Positions 56,731 to 64,000 of a stretch of 64,000 nt of DNA are shown one piece after another. The stretch's first letter is position 1. Each line of letters starts with the position of its first letter. Location of the stretch: NCBI RefSeq assembly GCF_002105155.1, contig NW_019029004.1, forward strand, positions 372,001-436,000, given 5' to 3'. A program made the translations under genes and the position numbers. The notes under the pieces were generated by a model. The model did no database searches. It was given only the letters and a program-made list of their open reading frames with translations, and was not told the DNA's origin. Source of the DNA: Lobosporangium transversale. Lineage: Eukaryota.

Positions 56731-58352
56731 ATGTCGAGACGAACCGTTCCAACGATCCGTGAACGCCTTGAAGGCATGTCAGTGAAGCAACGGATCGGAA
56801 TTGTGCTCGGAGGTTTGGTTGCCCTCGCCTTCATCATTACGTTTTTTACCTTTGAACGACAGATATTTCAACGTAAGCTTTACGTAACAGTCAGTATGTG
56901 AAAGAATATATCTATATACGTGTCGACTTACTTGATCTATAAAAAAATATGGATACTAGTTTTGGAGCCGGCTGTTATATATTTTCGCAAATCAAGCGCC
57001 GGGATGTGGGTGATGGCGTGCGTCATGTGCGCAACATGTATCTTTCCTCTATTCGGTAAATATTCAGTCTAACAAAGCTTGTCATTGCCGCAACTCTTTC
57101 ATACCAAATTTTTACTCATTATTTTTTTATTATTATTTCTGTAGGCTACGGTGTTGTATCAATGGTGTGTGGTTATGTTTTCGGCATGCCAAAAGGGTAT
57201 ATTATAAAGTCTGCCGATGGAAAGCATGTGCCAATCATGTACTTATGTAATTTCGATGCACTAATACCATTCATTCCCGTAGATTCATACCAGCTTTTGT
57301 CGGTGACATTGTAGGCGCATCAGCGGGTTTTTGGTAGGAGACACATTGTCGACTGGCATACTACACCATATGTGTTTGCCCTAGTAGTTGAAAATGTGCA
57401 TGTACCTCTTATGCTGAATATGCGCTCTATTGTTTAAGTTTAGGTTGTACCGCCTTGCTTTCCGGAAATATATTTATCGCAAATTCAATGATAACATTGA
57501 TTTCAGGGAAATGTCCAAAGCGGTCAGCAAGGATGGTATATTTGTAAGAAGTTTTTTTATGGCGATTTTAAAACCCATCCACTGATACAGGAAATAGCCT
57601 GGTCTATTACAATTTGATCTGATGTTGGTATGGATCTTCTACGAAATTAACTTGTATTTAGGTACTATTTTTGATCCGTCTCTCATCATTTCCTTTCGCG
57701 GGTAAGCTGTCGTGTGCTCTTTAGTTCCTTGAAGAGATCTATCATATACTCTGTTTACGTGCATTAACTTTGGTCTGCGTCGCCGCTTTTTCATGCTATT
57801 ATACTGAAAACAGTCTTGAACGCCTATTTCGGCTCCATGACAAAATTGCCTTACTACAAATTCATTCTCGCCACGACTCTTTCCACGCCGCGCTTGTTCC
57901 TCCCCATTTTCATTGGGCATAATCTTTCAAGCCTCGCTAACCCAGATATAACTGGAACGGATCGTGTCTTGAAGTGGGTAGGGAATATTCTGGGGATCAT
58001 CATTGCTCTAGGAGTGGGCTGGTATATCTATCGACACACAAATAGAAGGATCGAGAGAATTAATGCAGGGCTTGCAGCAGAAGAAGGCGAAGAGGACAAT
58101 GAGTTCGAAGAACGCTACCGACAACAGCATTTAGAACATGCGATCTATACATCACAAAGTCCGGTCCAAGGCGGGGCTCCATTTAATCCAGCCGAACCTT
58201 TGGACAAACACAAGCATAGTAGCACCTCTGACATCACTGTCAGCATGGAAGAGCTGGAGATCCTTCAAACGTCAGCTTCCGGTCAGGTACGCTCCGCAGA
58301 AACAATTGTTGAGACTATAGACTCTCAGCAGGGGAAAACGAATCAAAATTAG
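56731..58352 (+). CDS. TVP38: SNARE-associated Golgi protein, Tvp38/TMEM64 (VTT/DedA) family, multi-exon
   Basis: TM RIGIVLGGLVALAFIITFF, IFPLFGYG, GYVFGMPKG, LFLIRLSSFPFA, NAYFGSMTKLPYYKFILATTLSTPRLFLPIFIG, and a final TM helix. Confidence 0.75.
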
Positions 58353-58426
58353 AAATGATATACGTTCAGCTAATAATAAACGATCACTATTTCTAAATAA
58401 ATCAGGCAAAATGCACTAATAATATA

Positions 58427-59455
58427 CACTTACATTCAAAACTGAGTGATTGTTTTTAATTTTTTTTACTTTTACTTTAATATCTCAAAGAGGACTTGTC
58501 TCATCGCAATGGATGTTGGCTGCATGGTATCCTTGACCTTGGTAGAACTACTAGCTTAGGAAGATATGGTCTATCGCCATTATTATGATATTGGCGAAAA
58601 GTATACCTAGCCATTTACTCCGTTCTGGAAGTGCAAGTCGGATAAATCAAGCCTTTAATTTCTATCAGCCTGATCCACCTATATAAAAGCTCTTACTCCA
58701 TTTATGCTCTAATGCATGTATTGTAGAACAAGCTTTTTCCTTGAGGCAAATATGCAAAGTAAAAGGAGTTAAAAATCATATGGCATTTTTAGTTTTGATA
58801 TTAGATATCGACAGCAGCAGTCCAACTTTATGACCGAGGTATCAACTTTTGTAGGGTTACATACTTTAATTTAGATCATCAGTTTTCCGTCTAAAGCCAA
58901 TAACAAGTGAAGAGATACAACCTCTGTCAAATTGACTATGGTACCATAGAAAACAACACGTATTTTATAGTTGTTGCTTCGTTATTCGACATTATTGCTT
59001 AACACCATAGTATTCGGTAGCTCGAAGTCTGAATTATCTTTCGCAAGCAAGGCATTGTTGGTATGACAAATGAAGCATAAAATCAAAAAGTAACATTTTC
59101 TTGATGATTTTGGTGCCTATTACTTTGCATATTTGCCTCAAGGAAAAAGCTTGTTCTACAATACATGCATTAGAGCATAAATGGAGTAAGAGCTTTTATA
59201 TAGGTGGATCAGGCTGATAGAAATTAAAGGCTTGATTTATCCGACTTGCACTTCCAGAACGGAGTAAATGGCTAGGTATACTTTTCGCCAATATCATAAT
59301 AATGGCGATAGACCATATCTTCCTAAGCTAGTAGTTCTACCAAGGTCAAGGATACCATGCAGCCAACATCCATTGCGATGAGGCAAGTCCTCTTTGAGAT
59401 ATTAAAGTAAAAGTAAAAAAAATTAAAAACAATCACTCAGTTTTGAATGTAGGTG
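58427..59455. mobile_element. Non-autonomous long-TIR DNA transposon (Tc1/mariner-type MITE / foldback)
   Basis: Arms 58427-58766 and 59116-59455 are ~340-bp inverted repeats with about 3 visible mismatches. The ~350-bp spacer is non-coding, and TA flanks both ends (TA|CACYTACATTC...GAATGTAGGTG|TA). Confidence 0.85.
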
Positions 59456-59539
59456 TACGCTACGAAGAGCTTTGGAGCTAGATAAACTCGTAGATTTGAA
59501 AATGTGTTACTTTCTATTGTCTAGTTTCAGGACAACATC

Positions 59540-59904
59540 CGTTGAAAAAATACATGTACAAAATACATACAGTATACATATACAGTATGCAATATTATAA
59601 TAGCCCGGCTAAAAAACTAGGAAAGATACTAAGAACATACTAGAGAAATTTCCAATTAAATTCAATACGCTAAGAAAAGTAGCAGTAGAAGTGACAATAA
59701 CGCGCCGCACAAAGACGCGATAAATCATTGGCATGAGGGTTTTTGAATAAGCCCATGTTGCCTTATAGATAGATATGTAGTTACCTGGTACAAGTCTCTA
59801 CCAGAAAATGAATAAATACCCCATGGGTGCGGTGTGTGGACCCACATCTTATTCTAACTTACTTTGTTGATTGATTACGATCTATCTGAAAATATTTTTC
59901 AACA
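59540..59904 (+). mobile_element. Solo/remnant LTR (365 bp)
   Basis: Inverted termini (C)GTTGAAAAA...TTTTTCAACA, internal AATAAA, and homology to 20616-20902. No clear TSD. Confidence 0.7.
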
Positions 59905-60407
59905 CCTAAGGAAATGGCAAGTCCCAGTAAAGTCGTCTGGAACTCTACACGGGACACAATCTACTCCTGATTCCGAGGCCTTCTGCCTCTAAGGGGTCAT
60001 TCGTAAAAAGAGTCTTGACCTCCGAGCTCGATAGCACGGAACCTCGAATGAAAAGAACCAAGAACGTAAATCAAGTAAACAATATCGCCAATCAAAATCA
60101 AGATCAAGAAAAAAGATGTTTCCTCCGCACGTCCAGAGTGAGGACCGATGACCGAGAGCTCTCGATAGGAGCTAGTGACCACGAACCCATGAAGTAGGCC
60201 GATAATAATCGCGAGTCCAGGCTAAGGATGCAAAAGTCAAAGTAGCATTCTAGGGGATCTAAGGGTGTAATTAAGGTATTTTTATTCAGGGAATTCATGC
60301 TAGATAGAAAAGTGGATCTATTTATACTAGCTAACGTCCTGTTGCAAGGAATGCTCTAGAAAATTGGGCGAAATACTGTGTCGTACAAAATCATAATAGT
60401 AATTTCG

Positions 60408-60537
60408 CTTGTAGCTATGGACCTAGTCACTCAATTACCTCTTACCAAGAAACAGCACGATGCTATCGCAGTTTTTGTTGATCGATTCAGCAAGACAGCT
60501 GTTCTCGTCCCCTGTAAGACTTCCATCAGCGCCACTG
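60408..60537 (+). mobile_element. Ty3/Gypsy integrase core fragment
   Basis: VAMDLVTQLPLTKKQHDAIAVFVDRFSKTAVLVPCKTSISA matches the start of the rve domain (MDFIxxLP...IxVxVDRFSK). Confidence 0.82.
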
Positions 60538-60622
60538 TAAAAAAAAAAGATTATATGCATTCGAATTTCATTCGACTATCGAATAAGAGCACTGCTACCA
60601 GGCATCGAAGCGCAGGTTATTC

Positions 60623-60740
60623 TGGGTAGCGAAGACGACAAAGGAAGTCTTACGCTCATTATCCGTACCAGCGACCCTTTCCTGTGTAATCTTTCTCTTT
60701 AATAAATCTCGAGCTACAGAACTACCCTTAAACTAAAAAT

Positions 60741-60778
<38 letters not shown>

Positions 60779-61661
60779 TCTCTGCTGGCTGATCTGGTAC
60801 TACATCTTTCTTTTTCGACCGCTAAGAAAGCATATGCTCCTTGGGTGGCCGTGGGCGGGACAGGAAAGGGTCGCTGGTACGGATAATGAGCGTAAGACTT
60901 CCTTTGTCGTCTTCGCTACCCATTATCCTTCATAGTCCAGCGACCCTTTCCTGTGACTCCAGAGATCAGCTAAGAATGGTTGTTGTGAAATTGCACCTTG
61001 TTCTACTTGACAGCCGGTAGAAGTTCTTGTAAACCTCTTGCGAGGCCCATCTGCCTTGCATGACGATCTCATCCAGATCGGAACCTTTGAGGGCTGCTAG
61101 TGTGGAACCAGCGGCGCGTGCCTTAGGGATTCGAGTTTGTGATGGCATAGAAGCAAGAGACATGACACTCTTGATGTGGTTGCTTATTCGCTCCGCTCCT
61201 GTAGGTGAGTCTGGTTCGTTGACGTAGCGAATGAGAGGATCATATGATAGATCTGGAAGCGTTGGATGTGGCCATTTCAAATTGCGGCCAACTAATCGTC
61301 GTACATACGTCTTCCATGTGGCGACCGGACATAGTAGTGGGTCAAGCGTATGGATTGAAAGGAGAGAGGATGTATCTTTGGCTTTAGGTTCAGTACGGGG
61401 CGTAGATCCCCCGTTTTCTTTGGAATTGTAAAGATGCGGCTCACGAATCCATGTTCTGAAGCTTCTTCTATTGCTTTCTTGGCTATTAACGCTACAATTT
61501 CTTGTTCTATCGTCTTCATTTCTTCTTTGGAGCGGACGCTGCTGTGTGTTGTTGTATTGCTGATTGGTGGTAGCGAATCGAACGGGATTTCGTATCCATT
61601 CTGAATAACTCTGCGTACCCATTTCTCGTCTGATAATAGATTCCATGCTGTTTGGTAGAGG
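60623..61661 (-). mobile_element. Internally deleted DIRS-type tyrosine-recombinase retrotransposon (3' part)
   Basis: RT N-terminus AWNLLSDEKWVRRVIQNGYEIPF...EQEIVALIAKKAIEE...GFVSRIFTIPKKTGDLRPVLNLKP is joined to YR C-terminus DPLLCPVATWKTY...ISNHIK...KARAAGSTLA...GRWASQEVYKNFYRL. A 63-bp inverted repeat (60623-60685 / 60860-60922) follows, plus a partial third copy at 60937-60955. Confidence 0.85.
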
Positions 61662-61834
61662 TGTTGAAATGTTTTATGGTAAATCGGAAGTCAAGGAGAT
61701 CAAAAGTTGTTTATTATTTTAGCTAGGTCGGAGCCTTATATAGGCTCCAACATAGCCGTCACTAATTGCTCTGATCTATGAATAAAAAGGGGAGTGCTCC
61801 ATTTGGGTACACTCCCTAGCCTCAGGACGTAACA
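61662..61834 (-). repeat. 3' LTR (173 bp) of the chromovirus
   Basis: Minus strand TGTTAC...TTTCAACA, immediately preceded by polypurine tract GGGGGGAAGT (61835-61844). Contains TATATAA and AATAAA. Confidence 0.85.
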
Positions 61835-62404
61835 ACTTCCCCCCAGATTTTATGTAGGGTTTTTGGCGTCTTGTCTAAAGGCCTTGAGGAAAAATAAGAA
61901 AAACCTCTTGTTGTTGAAAGGTAGGAGGAAAAAAATAAACCTCTTGAGGACAAAAATTTAAACCTCACGTGAGACTTCACAGTGTCTATTCTTAAAACTT
62001 GTTTTGATATTTCTTTTCTTGTGATTAGAGAGAGACTTTATCTCAAAAAGTAATGTCAGCAAATGGATCATGGAAATATAACAGCCATTGGATCAGGATG
62101 TGTCATACAGGAGATGTGGGTAGTAATTATTCAGCATGTCAAAAATGTAGAAATCTCATTGGTCCTTTGTCAAACAGGGATCACAAAAAGATCACGCCAT
62201 CCACTTCCCCCCAGAAGGACGAATGAGGATTCACGAAGCAAATGAAGAAGATTAAGGTCAAAAGGAATGAAGATTGGAAACTTCAAACGCTCACTCATTC
62301 CTTCATTCCTCAGTATTCACTTTTGCTACTCAAACACCTTCTTGCAGGGACACATACTCATTACTTACTTTCCTTATAACAGCCATCAGCAGACAATTAT
62401 CAAT

Positions 62405-63088
62405 ATGCCTTCTAACAATTCTCCCTCTTCCCCCCTGTCTGACTCTTCAACTCTACATGAGTATGAGGACTATGAATTTATCCCTACGGAGCTTTCAACA
62501 GCTCCGTCTTCACTCATATTAACAGAGACTGCAGACGTGGAGAATCGCAGTAACTTCGAAGGAGATACTGAGGAAGAGAGCAGCTATGACGCTGAGGACG
62601 ACGAGGATTATGAGGGTGAGGAGGATCTGTGGGATAGTGACGAGGAGACTCGTGCCTGGAAAAAGGCACACTATCAGTTTTACCACCCAGAGGCACGGAG
62701 CCGATCAGCCTCTCTGGAAATCCCAGGACCTCGTCCTATCAGGAAGCGAAAGGAGCCCTCTAGTGATGAAGAGTCATCAGGCAGCGAAAGCAGTGAAGCA
62801 GAATTGTCAAGCTGTGGAGTGTACACGACTCTTGGGAAGAGAAGACGTTTGATGGCGGAGAATGGCGATGATTCCGCGAAGAGCCGCCTCCAAAGAGAAT
62901 TCGCATGGGCTAAGAGGTATGAACGCCTCTACAAGAAGTATACTAAGTTGCGCAAGCAATCAGAGAAGTATAAGACTATGCGCATACGGGTAGAGAAAGT
63001 TGTAGATTCTCTTAACTCTCAGTTGCCATCACATCCAGTTGCTAGTTGCAAATGCTGCAAGGGAAAGAATAAAGTTGATGGTTGCTAA
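62405..63088 (+). CDS. Extra ORF of unknown function, antisense within the chromovirus 3' region (227 aa from ATG 62405; 273 aa from ATG 62267)
   Basis: Uninterrupted ORF with a Ser/acidic N-half, basic patches RPIRKRK and KRRR, a coiled-coil-like segment, and C-terminal HPVASCKCCK. AATAAA at 63068 and an A-run at 63116-63141. Confidence 0.65.
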   Translation: MPSNNSPSSPLSDSSTLHEYEDYEFIPTELSTAPSSLILTETADVENRSNFEGDTEEESSYDAEDDEDYEGEEDLWDSDEETRAWKKAHYQFYHPEARSRSASLEIPGPRPIRKRKEPSSDEESSGSESSEAELSSCGVYTTLGKRRRLMAENGDDSAKSRLQREFAWAKRYERLYKKYTKLRKQSEKYKTMRIRVEKVVDSLNSQLPSHPVASCKCCKGKNKVDGC

Positions 63089-63250
63089 ATTGAAATTTAT
63101 TGACTGTTGCGTTGCAAAAAAAAAAAAAAAAAAAAAAAAAATATTGAAATGAGGACGAGTGTGTGCTCTCTTTTCTTCATACTGGAGAAAACTTATTTGT
63201 ACAAAAACCCTAGTTATCTCAACCCTACTAATATAACAGCTCTCTGCACT

Positions 63251-64000
63251 TTACAGCTTTGCCGCTACATGACGCTTGTGCCGTTTGGTCTGATTATGGG
63301 TGAGTTGTCTCTGCTTCCTCTTAAGAAGTCTTGTTGACTCTGATGCGTTATTCTTTTGCTGCTTCTTCCTCTTTCTGTCATTAATATGAGGATTTTGCTG
63401 TCTTAGGTTCTTCCAATATTGACGAATGATGATGTCCGAGTCAAAATTCTCATAAGGAATTTGCTCGTTGTATGAGGAGTCATAGCCCTTCCACTTTACA
63501 GTATACATCATTCCTTTTCCCGTGAGTTCGTGGTCAACGATAGACTCTATTTCATACGACTCTTCACTGGGAGCATCAAAAGCTTGAGTGACCATTTTGA
63601 GCTGGCTCGGAGCATAATTACGAGCCAATTTCTGGTTGGTAGCGTCTAGCAGAGTGTAGGCACCATTTTCGGTACGAGCCACTACTTTGTATGGGCCTTG
63701 GTATTTAGGTGCTAATTTACCATTGGGCAATTCTTCCTTCGCCATGACAAACGCTCCAGGTGGGAACTGAAGGATTTTGTGTGTCCTGTTGAATTTCTCC
63801 ACCATTCTTTTTTGCGTGTCAGAACTCTTATCATCGATAGCAGGGAAAACTAACGCGGTGAGATATTCCAATCTGTTCTGTAATTCTTCTTCAGACAGGA
63901 GATGTGACTCGGCTGAGGAAAAATCCGTTAGTCCTGCAAATGAGCGTCCATAGAATAATGAGAATGGCGTTGAATGATGTAGACTCGCGACTCTAGTATT
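63251..64000 (-). CDS. Pol polyprotein C-terminus: integrase end, GPY/F module, chromodomain (5'-truncated by the window edge)
   Basis: NTRVASLHHSTPFSLFYGR, KLAPKYQGPYKVV, YEIESIVDH...YTVKWKGYDSSYNEQIPYENFDSDIIIRQYW; open to the window edge. Confidence 0.93.
   Translation of the reverse strand, partial: NTRVASLHHSTPFSLFYGRSFAGLTDFSSAESHLLSEEELQNRLEYLTALVFPAIDDKSSDTQKRMVEKFNRTHKILQFPPGAFVMAKEELPNGKLAPKYQGPYKVVARTENGAYTLLDATNQKLARNYAPSQLKMVTQAFDAPSEESYEIESIVDHELTGKGMMYTVKWKGYDSSYNEQIPYENFDSDIIIRQYWKNLRQQNPHINDRKRKKQQKNNASESTRLLKRKQRQLTHNQTKRHKRHVAAKL

Larger units (their letters stand above)
61662..64000 (-). mobile_element. Ty3/Gypsy chromovirus LTR retrotransposon, 3' portion (continues beyond the window)
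   Basis: Integrase end plus chromodomain, then a ~1.4-kb 3' region, PPT and LTR. Confidence 0.9.

Noticed and set aside
60190..60360. Possible LINE endonuclease N-terminal relic (…RGSKGVIK…FMLDRKVDLFILAN)
   Set aside because: Similarity is too weak and short to support without a search.
60966..61646. Tyrosine recombinase acting as a dedicated invertase for the 19-34 kb inverted repeat
   Set aside because: It is a truncated DIRS YR about 27 kb away, and I see no sequence shared between the DIRS termini and the arms.

Overview
Intron-rich fungal genomic DNA, probably Mucoromycota/Mortierellaceae-like (inferred from gene content, short GT-AG introns and abundant 25-32 nt A/T homopolymers). The window holds about 17 protein-coding genes: MCM10, BMT2, a divergent KH-domain protein, RRP46, SNF7, a MAPEG protein, a Ser/Thr/Pro-rich secreted protein, an AKR7-like reductase, a DHHC palmitoyltransferase with an in-frame stop, an amidohydrolase, SRP102, a CBS-PB1 protein, a SAM methyltransferase, a sepiapterin-reductase-like SDR, eIF3c, a Rad5/HLTF-like helicase and TVP38. 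There is also a possible small gene and two identical tRNA-Val(AAC) genes. The main structural oddity is an apparently perfect 2.77-kb inverted duplication (19430-22196 / 31059-33825) enclosing two genes. From 58.4 kb to the end lies a nested transposon island: a long-TIR TA-flanked element, a solo LTR, an integrase fragment, and an internally deleted DIRS element interrupted by a chromodomain Ty3/Gypsy element that carries an extra antisense ORF. Several introns have a long poly(A) run at the 3' splice site. Exon boundaries were inferred by eye and family calls rest on recognised motifs, not database searches.
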